This document shows positions 29,661-37,777 of a DNA stretch of 64,000 nucleotides, one piece after another. Made by a program: the position numbers and the translations under genes. Numbering within the stretch: position 1 is the stretch's first letter; the number at the start of each line of letters is the position of its first letter. This DNA comes from a virus (lineage: Duplodnaviria; Caudoviricetes). The notes beneath the pieces are model-generated. The model did not search any database. It saw only the letters and a list, made by a program, of their open reading frames with translations, and had not been told where the DNA came from. The stretch covers positions 1,869 through 65,868 of IMG/VR virus record IMGVR_UViG_3300027892_004026. The stretch is one strand, 5' to 3'.

Positions 29661-30962
29661 ATGAGTTTATTTAATAAATTACGAATAAATTTGGGATACG
29701 ACTCAATGGATTTGAATAATAACCCAATTCCTAATCTCTATAATTTAGATATTACTTCAAACCCAAAGTTAAAAAAAATGACAGTAGATACACTGTTGGA
29801 TAATACGTATGGCAATTTTGTTTCAACAACTGTCGATTTTTTTTTCGAAAAGGGGGAAAATTTTATTTATCCTATAGTATTGTTTGAAAGTTTATTATTC
29901 ACTGAGACCAATACTATCGAACTATCACAAAAAATTGTTGATTCAATAAGAAAAAACAAAGTTAAAATAGTCATATTTTATTTGACTGAGGGATTTTATG
30001 GGCATTGGGATTGTGAATATATTTGGATTAATAATTTAGTTGAAAAATATCAAATTCAGAAAAATCAATTTATTGTCGTAACTTCAAATTTATTAGCGGA
30101 TGAAAAAAAGGTTGATAAAAATTTTATAATATATCCATATCCATTTTTTTTAAACCATATTTCTTTTTTTTGTAAAATTCAAAAGTTTCACCCTTCAACG
30201 GAAGTTTATTTTAACGACCACCGTGATTTTTTATCTGATAATATTGAAAAAAACAAAGATTATCATTTTTTGTGTTTCAATGGCATTCCAAAGTTACATA
30301 GGTTACTTGTGTTCTCGGAGTTTCTAACAAAACCTGAATATAAAGATAAATTTATTTTGACTATGGGAAAAACAAAAGGTAACATAGAAAAAAATTTTTA
30401 TGAAATAGTTAAAAATGGAACTCAAGGATATATTTTGGAAAACAAGAATACAATATTAGATTTTTTTGAAAAATATGATTCTCGGAATGAAAGAACTTAC
30501 GATAGGATTAACTTGTCACAAAATGGTAGGTTAAATGGAGGGACCATCAATGTGAAAGCTCACAAAAAATGTTTTGTAAATGTTGTTACCGAAACTTTAT
30601 GGGACACTGATAATTGTGTTTTTTTCACAGAAAAAACTTTGAAACCAATATATACTTGTCAACCGTTCATAATAGTTGGTAATCCATATACCTTAAAAAA
30701 ATTAAAAAACTATGGGTTTCAAACATTTTCACGATGGTGGGACGAAAGTTATGATGAAGAGACTGATGAATATAGAAGAATTGAAAAAATATTCAAAGTT
30801 ATGAGAGATATTTCAACTTGGGATAAAGATAAGTGTAGAGAAACTTTGGTTGAAATGAATGAAATACTCAAACACAACTTTAGAATTTTGTTTACTACTA
30901 CAGAATTGAAGAAGTTGTACTCATTGTTAAAAACACATGATGATAGTGTCAAAATAATTTGA
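29661..30962 (+). CDS. GT10-like putative glycosyltransferase (paralog family)
   Basis: CFNGIPKLHR...FVNVVTET...FTEKTLKPI...QPFIIVG. Confidence 0.5.
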   Translation: MSLFNKLRINLGYDSMDLNNNPIPNLYNLDITSNPKLKKMTVDTLLDNTYGNFVSTTVDFFFEKGENFIYPIVLFESLLFTETNTIELSQKIVDSIRKNKVKIVIFYLTEGFYGHWDCEYIWINNLVEKYQIQKNQFIVVTSNLLADEKKVDKNFIIYPYPFFLNHISFFCKIQKFHPSTEVYFNDHRDFLSDNIEKNKDYHFLCFNGIPKLHRLLVFSEFLTKPEYKDKFILTMGKTKGNIEKNFYEIVKNGTQGYILENKNTILDFFEKYDSRNERTYDRINLSQNGRLNGGTINVKAHKKCFVNVVTETLWDTDNCVFFTEKTLKPIYTCQPFIIVGNPYTLKKLKNYGFQTFSRWWDESYDEETDEYRRIEKIFKVMRDISTWDKDKCRETLVEMNEILKHNFRILFTTTELKKLYSLLKTHDDSVKII

Positions 30963-31007
30963 TTTTTATTCAAAAAATAATTATATTATAACTCATTGTT
31001 CCATTAT

Positions 31008-31508
31008 ATGATAATTCAAAAAATTTTATTTTCGAAGGAAGAGTGTGATGATATAATCAATATACACAAAGTTAATTCACAAAAATGGAAAAATTATGAC
31101 CGAGAGTATAAATCGTTTTCTATAATTTTGAATGGAGAGACCGAATGGATATTTTCTAAAATGAAAAACTTCTTTGAAAAAGAAAGTGGATTAAAGATTG
31201 AAACTATCAAGAATGAAGTTCATTTTCACGTGTTTAAAACTAATGATTGGTTTGGTGTACATAATGATGCTAGGAATAATAGATTGTTTTCACTAGGAGT
31301 TTTGTTGAACGATGATTTTGATGGGGGAGAATTTAAATTGTATCTTCAAGGGGAAGAAATTGTTTTAGAAAAAAAAGTTGGTAATACATATATTTTTGAC
31401 GCAGCAATTTCACATGAAGTAACGCCAATCCAATATGGGATTCGTTATTCCCTAATATGGTTTATTCAAAATAATAATGTAAAAACTAAACCAACAAAAT
31501 TTATATAA
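31008..31508 (+). CDS. 2OG-Fe(II) oxygenase (prolyl-hydroxylase-like)
   Basis: HND...LNDDFDGGEF...HEV...RYSL. Confidence 0.85.
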   Translation: MIIQKILFSKEECDDIINIHKVNSQKWKNYDREYKSFSIILNGETEWIFSKMKNFFEKESGLKIETIKNEVHFHVFKTNDWFGVHNDARNNRLFSLGVLLNDDFDGGEFKLYLQGEEIVLEKKVGNTYIFDAAISHEVTPIQYGIRYSLIWFIQNNNVKTKPTKFI

Positions 31509-31510
31509 AT

Positions 31511-32068
31511 ATGATTATTACCATATTATGTGAGCCAAGAAGTGGTTCAACTAATTTAATTAATTGGTTTTATCATAATAAAAATTTTAGTATTTTATTT
31601 ACACCTAGTGATCCTAAATCAAAATGGTATAAAGTAGGATCTCCAAAAAATTATAAATATAATACTCGATATTTTTTGATAAAAGAAGATTATTATCACT
31701 ACAAAAATTTTGATGAATTAGTTTCCATATCAGATAAGATAATATTACTTTACAGAGAAAATACGGAGGAACAGATAGAATCTTGGATAAATGCAATAAC
31801 AACAAAAAATTGGGATAAGCCATGGGTTTCAAAAAATATAAAAAATATTAATGAAACTCAATTTTTTATTGAATTAAAAAATAGTTTCAAAAAAGAATAT
31901 TTAGATAAAGAATATTTTAAAATATCGTATGAAGAATTATATTGTCGAAATGGGTTTCAAAAAATATTAGATTACTTGGGTATAAATGAGTTAGAAAATA
32001 AAGATTTTCCATACGGACAAAAATATAGGGTAGATGCCAACAAACCAAAAATAAAAAAATTAATTTAA
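31511..32068 (+). CDS. Sulfotransferase family protein
   Basis: N-terminal PAPS-binding loop PRSGST, LYREN...ES, and ISYEEL. Confidence 0.75.
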   Translation: MIITILCEPRSGSTNLINWFYHNKNFSILFTPSDPKSKWYKVGSPKNYKYNTRYFLIKEDYYHYKNFDELVSISDKIILLYRENTEEQIESWINAITTKNWDKPWVSKNIKNINETQFFIELKNSFKKEYLDKEYFKISYEELYCRNGFQKILDYLGINELENKDFPYGQKYRVDANKPKIKKLI

Positions 32069-32074
32069 TTTATT

Positions 32075-32695
32075 ATGATTTATCAAGAGGTTATTTTTAC
32101 TAAAAAAGAATGTGAAACAATTATGAATCTTAGAAATAATCATAAATTATTTTTTGTCACACCTGAATCGTCTCTCATCAAAAACACCCGTACAGTATAT
32201 CATAAAGAAAAAAATTTTAATGGTGTTGGATACGACAATTCAAAAGATTGGGTCAAAAGGTACAACGTTTGGGATATACCAATTAATAAAGAAACTTTTT
32301 GGTTTTATGATAGAATTTACAAATGGTTTTCAGAATTGACTAATATTCAAATTGACAGGGAAAAATATTTTAATCGCAGTGATGCCGCTCACAAAATTCA
32401 TGAGTACAATATAGGAGACAAATTTGATTTACATGCCGATCAAAATGATGGAAGTATTGATAGAATTTGGAATTTGGGTATTCAATTAAACTCCAATTAC
32501 GAAGGAGGCGATTATATTTGTTATGACAAAAATAATCACCCGATTAATATTTCTAAAGAAACAGGTAACACAATAGCGTATTCCTCTGATGTGTTACATG
32601 AAATAAATGAAATTTTACAAGGAAAAAGATATTCTTTAGTTGTCAAAATCTACTCATGGGAATTATACACCAAAAAAAACAAAAGTTTTATTTAA
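32075..32695 (+). CDS. 2OG-Fe(II) oxygenase
   Basis: FDLHAD...LNSNYEGGD...HEI...RYSL. Confidence 0.85.
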   Translation: MIYQEVIFTKKECETIMNLRNNHKLFFVTPESSLIKNTRTVYHKEKNFNGVGYDNSKDWVKRYNVWDIPINKETFWFYDRIYKWFSELTNIQIDREKYFNRSDAAHKIHEYNIGDKFDLHADQNDGSIDRIWNLGIQLNSNYEGGDYICYDKNNHPINISKETGNTIAYSSDVLHEINEILQGKRYSLVVKIYSWELYTKKNKSFI

Positions 32696-33268
32696 ATGAT
32701 TTATCAAAAAAAAATTTTCTCAAAAAAAGAATGTGATTTAATTATAGATTATGCGAACCGTTATAAAGATATTTCTATAAATCCTAAAACTTTTGAACTT
32801 CACGAAAAAAATAGGATAGTAAGTCCATCTAATTTTTTTATGCAGTATTATGTGTTTGGAATACCAATGAATGATTCCACCTTTTGGGTTTATAGTAGAT
32901 TATTTAAATGGTTCGAATTGGTGACAAGTGAAAAAATGTCGAACAATTTTGGTTCATTCATTTCAACTTTACATTGTTACAAAGAAAATGATGGATTTGG
33001 AAGACACATAGATTTGACGGAAGGATTTGAAGATAGGAGGTATAATATTGGAATTCAACTTAATGAAAATTATAGTGGTGGGGACTACATATGTTGGGAC
33101 GAAGACAAAAATGAAATATTGATATCAAAAAAAGTTGGTACATCACTTTGTTATCATGCTAAAATTGAACACGAAATAAAAATGGTGACAGGTGGTGAAA
33201 GATGGTCTTTGGTTGTACCAATAACTAAGAGAATGATAGTCAATCAGAATAAACCTAAAATTTTATAA
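32696..33268 (+). CDS. 2OG-Fe(II) oxygenase
   Basis: FGRHID...LNENYSGGD...HEI...RWSL. Confidence 0.85.
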   Translation: MIYQKKIFSKKECDLIIDYANRYKDISINPKTFELHEKNRIVSPSNFFMQYYVFGIPMNDSTFWVYSRLFKWFELVTSEKMSNNFGSFISTLHCYKENDGFGRHIDLTEGFEDRRYNIGIQLNENYSGGDYICWDEDKNEILISKKVGTSLCYHAKIEHEIKMVTGGERWSLVVPITKRMIVNQNKPKIL

Positions 33269-33345
33269 TTTAGTAAATAAAAAACCTACCATGACAAATC
33301 AATCATTTTATTATAATATGTTAAAGTTAGAAATAGTAAGAAAAT

Positions 33346-33834
33346 ATGAATGAAATCAAGAAAGAATATAATTTTTTAAATCAGTCAGAAATAAAATATT
33401 TAATTACTTTATCTGAAAATTTTGTAGTACACCAATTTGATTTGTATCATCAGACTGATGTTGATAAAGGTAATTTACAAACATATTTCAACACAATTAC
33501 TAAATATATATCAGAAAATTTTGTGGGAGAGTATCAGCTCAAAGCCATAGAAATGAACAGAGTTACTGAATCAGACATTATGGATGGGTATCACCAAGAT
33601 GATTGTGATTTAACATTTGTTACTTATTTTGAAATAAATTTTGAAGGTGGTGAATTTGAATATTTAGATGAAAAAAACTCAAATCTGATTGAACCTGAGG
33701 CTAATTTGACATTAATCATGGATAAAAATCTATTACATAGAATTAGACGAGTAAAAAAAGGTGAAAGATTTTCATTAGTTTCTTTTTTTATTTTAAAACC
33801 ATCAGTTCAAAAAAAAATTAAAACTTTTATTTAA
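33346..33834 (+). CDS. 2OG-Fe(II) oxygenase
   Basis: YHQD...FEGGEF...LHRI...GERFSL. Confidence 0.8.
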   Translation: MNEIKKEYNFLNQSEIKYLITLSENFVVHQFDLYHQTDVDKGNLQTYFNTITKYISENFVGEYQLKAIEMNRVTESDIMDGYHQDDCDLTFVTYFEINFEGGEFEYLDEKNSNLIEPEANLTLIMDKNLLHRIRRVKKGERFSLVSFFILKPSVQKKIKTFI

Positions 33835-33846
33835 AAAAACAATAAT

Positions 33847-34392
33847 ATGAACAAGGTAATCTTTGAAAATACATACGGGTATAAAGATTTTATTACCGAA
33901 GAAGAAAGACTTTTTTTAGAGGAGTGGGCCATCAATAATAACTCTTATCTTAAAAGAAACGGTAAAGGACCTTATCGTAATTTTGGTAGATTGGACAGTT
34001 TATCTGACATCCCGCCACTAATAAAGGAATTAAAAACCAAACTAATAGAATTAGAATCTATTGAAAAAGTAATCGAAGCTCCAAAAAATGCTGATTGGTT
34101 AGGTATACAAAAGGAAACCGCGTTTGTTGAGCCTCATATGGATTACAATGGTCCGGATGATAGATATTACACTAGAAGATATAACATATTAATATCTTTA
34201 CCCGAAGAAGGGGGACAACCTATATATGGGAATAAAGTATTAAATGTCAAAGAGAGGATGATTTGGAGATGTGATGCTGGATTAGTAATCCACTCAAGTA
34301 TACCAAACAAAGGTAAAAAACCAAGAATAAACCTATCTTTTGGGTTCTTAATGCCAAAATCAGGTAACTCATTCGAAACTAAATTAATGTGA
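33847..34392 (+). CDS. 2OG-Fe(II) oxygenase
   Basis: PHMD...PEEGGQP...HSS...RINLSFG. Confidence 0.75.
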   Translation: MNKVIFENTYGYKDFITEEERLFLEEWAINNNSYLKRNGKGPYRNFGRLDSLSDIPPLIKELKTKLIELESIEKVIEAPKNADWLGIQKETAFVEPHMDYNGPDDRYYTRRYNILISLPEEGGQPIYGNKVLNVKERMIWRCDAGLVIHSSIPNKGKKPRINLSFGFLMPKSGNSFETKLM

Positions 34393-34537
34393 CGAACCCA
34401 CACCAATCAAATAAAGTATTATATTTGCATAAAACAAAACAAGAATATGAAAGGTGCATTAATTATAAAAAATTAGATAATATTCTGAGTTATTAGATTT
34501 CTCAAATTCTCTAAAATTAAACAAACAAACTTTATAA

Positions 34538-35164
34538 ATGAAAATTTTACTTTTATACACACCTAGAAGTGGGTCTACTTCTATAATGAGATATTTTGAA
34601 AAACTGAAGCCCGAATATCAAATTTTCAACCAACCATGGTCCTCGTGGAAAGGTACTAAAAATTATCGGTTGAATGATTTTTTAGGGATGGATAAACTTT
34701 TTGTAAAAAATACGATAGATTGGGTTATGGATAATAAAGAAGATAGTGGAAAAATGAAATCTAATTCTATTCCAACAATTCAAGAGATTTTTAATTTTTT
34801 TGATAAGGTTTTGGTCTTATCGAGAAAAGATATAACTCAACAAAGTATAAGTTTGTATTTTTCATCCGAAAATAACTCTTACTTGGAAACATATGACCGA
34901 CTTTATAATATAGAATCTATAGATGAAACAAGATTAAATGAAATAAAATCCAATCTTACAAAGGATAATGATTTGGTAAATGAATTGGTGAATCTTGGTG
35001 TTAGTCATTATTATTATGAAGACTTGTATTATGAATCTTTCAATGACTTTTTTCAAACACTGAATTTAGACTATCATAATGAATATTTCGATAGATATTT
35101 GAATACCACAAAAAGATACAAAAAAGGGGAGGTGACAAATAAAGTTGTTAAAACATTTATTTAA
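34538..35164 (+). CDS. Sulfotransferase family protein
   Basis: YTPRSGST, LSRKD...QSIS and YYYEDL. Paralog of 31511..32068. Confidence 0.75.
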   Translation: MKILLLYTPRSGSTSIMRYFEKLKPEYQIFNQPWSSWKGTKNYRLNDFLGMDKLFVKNTIDWVMDNKEDSGKMKSNSIPTIQEIFNFFDKVLVLSRKDITQQSISLYFSSENNSYLETYDRLYNIESIDETRLNEIKSNLTKDNDLVNELVNLGVSHYYYEDLYYESFNDFFQTLNLDYHNEYFDRYLNTTKRYKKGEVTNKVVKTFI

Positions 35165-35174
35165 AAATTTTTAG

Positions 35175-35182
35175 TATTTATA
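35175..35182 (+). promoter_or_regulatory. TATTTATA candidate phage promoter element
   Basis: Intergenic, 28 nt upstream of ATG 35210. The same octamer precedes three other gene starts. Confidence 0.3.
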
Positions 35183-35209
35183 TTATAGTAATTTCAATTA
35201 TTAAAAATA

Positions 35210-35488
35210 ATGGATATAGACGTAAAAAAAATTGTTTCAGCATGGATGACATCATTTAGTCCTAATGATGATGAAAAAAAGTTGGCTGAGGATAGATATA
35301 ATATTTGTTCAACTTGTGACCGAAAAGAAAAAAATTTGTTAGGGATTGATGTTTGTAAGGAATGTGGATGCCCTCTGTCAAAAAAAATTTTTACGTTGAC
35401 AGATAGAGAAACTTGTCCCTTAAAAAAATGGGATGATTTAGATAGTGAGTTTAGAAAAAATAAAAAACATAAGTATAACTTATTTTAA
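35210..35488 (+). CDS. Small Cys-rich Zn-binding protein (DUF6171-like)
   Basis: RYNICSTC...CKECGCPL..K.....CPLKKW. Confidence 0.65.
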   Translation: MDIDVKKIVSAWMTSFSPNDDEKKLAEDRYNICSTCDRKEKNLLGIDVCKECGCPLSKKIFTLTDRETCPLKKWDDLDSEFRKNKKHKYNLF

Positions 35489-35517
35489 ATAAATTAAATT
35501 AATTCGTAAAATAAAGT

Positions 35518-37050
35518 ATGAGAAGTGTATTAATAAGTTTAGATTTTATTTACAGGGAAGATGGCAGCTTGACTCCATTAGAGTTGAATACTGAAACGAA
35601 AGATGATATTGATATTTGGAATATTACAAATGATAACTTTATCGAAATAACATCACCTTTTTTCAGACATGAAGAACTAAATCAATATTTGCAGTCAAAT
35701 AACATTACAAAAATAGTTGTAATTGCAGGTAATGCTCACAGTAAATACATAAAAGCGTTCGCGGATTTTTATAATTATGAATATACTTTGGTTTCGGTTG
35801 GAAAAAACCAAGTGACAGTTCCTGAAGTCGAAGACTCAGATGATACGATTATAATAAGAATTGCTTATGATACTTATGCCTTGATTGATGATTTGTATGC
35901 GAGGGATAATTATGAGTTTCATAATCTAATTAAAAACGAATCGTTCGCAAGTCCTGTAACTTTCACTGAAAATAATTTTGATACAATTCTTAATTTTGAG
36001 GATTCCCAAGACGGAACAATACCAAATTATGTTTTGAAGGCAAGAACACCAGGATACGTCAAATCCGAATATCCTAAAATTTACAAATTTGATAATGTTT
36101 CTCAACTTGAAAACTTGAAGTCCAATTTAAAAAATAATGAATTTATTCAAAAGTTTGAATATAATGAAAATCTTTCACTGATAGACCAAAGAACACATCA
36201 TTTAAGGAGTATGAATTTGATATGTGGAGAAAATTTAGATGTTGTTAATTTCATAAATTACAAGTCAAGTAATCTTGTTTCTATTGATAATACAAAATTA
36301 ATTAAAGACTATGAAATTAATGAAAATAATAGATTACACCCATTAAATGAATGTAAATATTATCCAACTTACTTGTCCAAGTATGGATTCAGATACCATT
36401 TCGATAATGAAGACAAAGTTTTAATGTGGGACAACAGTCTTAAACTTATTCAAGATGTAAACATAGGGGATATTTTTAAAGGAGTAAAATTTCCTCAGGG
36501 GCATGAAATTTTTCCTAATGACCCTGAATATGTAAATTTAAACGATATTGAAAATTTTGAATTGGAGGAGACAAAAGTAGTAAGTATTCAAGGGGGACAA
36601 CAGGGTATTTTTGCCAATATTACAGCATCGAATGAAGAATATGGTACTCTTTCTTGGTTTGACGGTATAAGTAATTTATATTTAGTATCTGGCGGAGATG
36701 TTCCAAATGGATTTGCTTTTTATCAAAAAGGGGGAGAGTTAGAGATTGGACAAAGGATATATGTCTATAACAAAAGTTCAAATACTATGATAGATTTTAT
36801 CGTTGAAGATTTATATTTTGATTTGAAAGATTTAACTTGTTATATCCTTTCTTTGTATAAAACACCTGAATTTTTAATTCAACTCGAACAAAATCATGAT
36901 CTTTACTTGGTACAACACAATAGTTGTAATGCTTATGGTTGTTACTATAATAGATATCCAGGTAGATGCACTGGTACATGTGATGATTGTGGAAAAGGTT
37001 CTCCCCTTTGTAATAATTGTGGGGGAGATGCTGGAGTACTGTGTTATTAA
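35518..37050 (+). CDS. Circularly permuted ATP-grasp-like domain + Hint domain + Cys-rich C-terminal peptide
   Basis: N-terminal DFIYREDGSLTPLELNT (D..ExN), later YVLKARTPG and FIQKF. Hint block A-like FDNEDKVLMWDNSLKLIQDVNIGD, block F-like CYILSL and terminal LVQHN|S, then 42 aa with 8 Cys. Confidence 0.65.
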   Translation: MRSVLISLDFIYREDGSLTPLELNTETKDDIDIWNITNDNFIEITSPFFRHEELNQYLQSNNITKIVVIAGNAHSKYIKAFADFYNYEYTLVSVGKNQVTVPEVEDSDDTIIIRIAYDTYALIDDLYARDNYEFHNLIKNESFASPVTFTENNFDTILNFEDSQDGTIPNYVLKARTPGYVKSEYPKIYKFDNVSQLENLKSNLKNNEFIQKFEYNENLSLIDQRTHHLRSMNLICGENLDVVNFINYKSSNLVSIDNTKLIKDYEINENNRLHPLNECKYYPTYLSKYGFRYHFDNEDKVLMWDNSLKLIQDVNIGDIFKGVKFPQGHEIFPNDPEYVNLNDIENFELEETKVVSIQGGQQGIFANITASNEEYGTLSWFDGISNLYLVSGGDVPNGFAFYQKGGELEIGQRIYVYNKSSNTMIDFIVEDLYFDLKDLTCYILSLYKTPEFLIQLEQNHDLYLVQHNSCNAYGCYYNRYPGRCTGTCDDCGKGSPLCNNCGGDAGVLCY

Positions 37051-37072
37051 TTATGAATTTAAAAATAAAAAA

Positions 37073-37189
37073 ATGGAAACTAATAAAATAATCAAACCAA
37101 AAACATTACCAGTTACAGATTCACAAAGGGAATCTATGAATATTATCACAAATAAAATAATTCAATTAATTAAGGATAAACATTTGTGA
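37073..37189 (+). CDS. Small 38-aa helical protein
   Basis: A-rich start context (aaaataaaaaaATG). It translates METNKIIKPKTLPVTDSQRESMNIITNKIIQLIKDKHL and fills the gap. It is the true end of the track's 36896..37189 ORF. Confidence 0.6.
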   Translation: METNKIIKPKTLPVTDSQRESMNIITNKIIQLIKDKHL

Positions 37190-37219
37190 TTCGCATAATA
37201 ATCAAATTGAGTTAGTTTT

Positions 37220-37759
37220 ATGGAAAAAATTTTTATTTCAGAAAATTTTTTATCTAAAAACGAGTGTGATAATATTCTAAAAACAATTTTTGATAAAACT
37301 ACCTTGGAAGTTGCTCGAATCGGGTCACAAGGAGGTCATATCCATACGCAATTAAGAAAGTCATCAACCTCATTCATCACGGAATTAGGAGACTTAAATC
37401 AAAAACTAGTTAGGGTACTTTCAGATAAAGTAAAAGTTAAAGGTGGTAATCCGACTAATCTGTCAGACTTTCAACTCACAAAGTATGATGTTGGGGACTA
37501 TTTTAATTGGCACATTGATCCTCCACACAGAGATTATACAATAATTATTTTTTTGAACAATGATTATCAAGGAGGAGAATTGGAAATTAAAGATGAGAAC
37601 GAAAAAGTTTTTAGAATAGAAAAAAAAGAAGGAAAACTTGTTGTATTCCCTTCTTTCCTTTTTCATCGTGTCACCAAAATTGAAAAAGGAATAAGATATT
37701 CATTAGTGAATTGGGTAGCTATTGAAAAAACACTGAATTATAAAAAAACTTTGATTTAG
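37220..37759 (+). CDS. 2OG-Fe(II) oxygenase (prolyl-hydroxylase-like)
   Basis: FNWHID...LNNDYQGGEL...FPSFLFHRV...GIRYSLVNW. Confidence 0.88.
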   Translation: MEKIFISENFLSKNECDNILKTIFDKTTLEVARIGSQGGHIHTQLRKSSTSFITELGDLNQKLVRVLSDKVKVKGGNPTNLSDFQLTKYDVGDYFNWHIDPPHRDYTIIIFLNNDYQGGELEIKDENEKVFRIEKKEGKLVVFPSFLFHRVTKIEKGIRYSLVNWVAIEKTLNYKKTLI

Positions 37760-37777
37760 TTAAATTAGACTCAAACT

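Noticed and set aside
34420-34427. Bacteroidota-type TAnnTTTG promoter (TATATTTG) in the longest intergenic gap
   Set aside because: It is a single match with no upstream TTG element at the expected spacing, about 110 nt from the next start. That is too weak to call.
36397-36921. A canonical splicing intein
   Set aside because: There is no Cys/Ser at block A, no clear block-B TxxH and no endonuclease, and no interrupted host domain resumes afterwards. A cleavage-type Hint fits better, though an atypical splicing route is not excluded.
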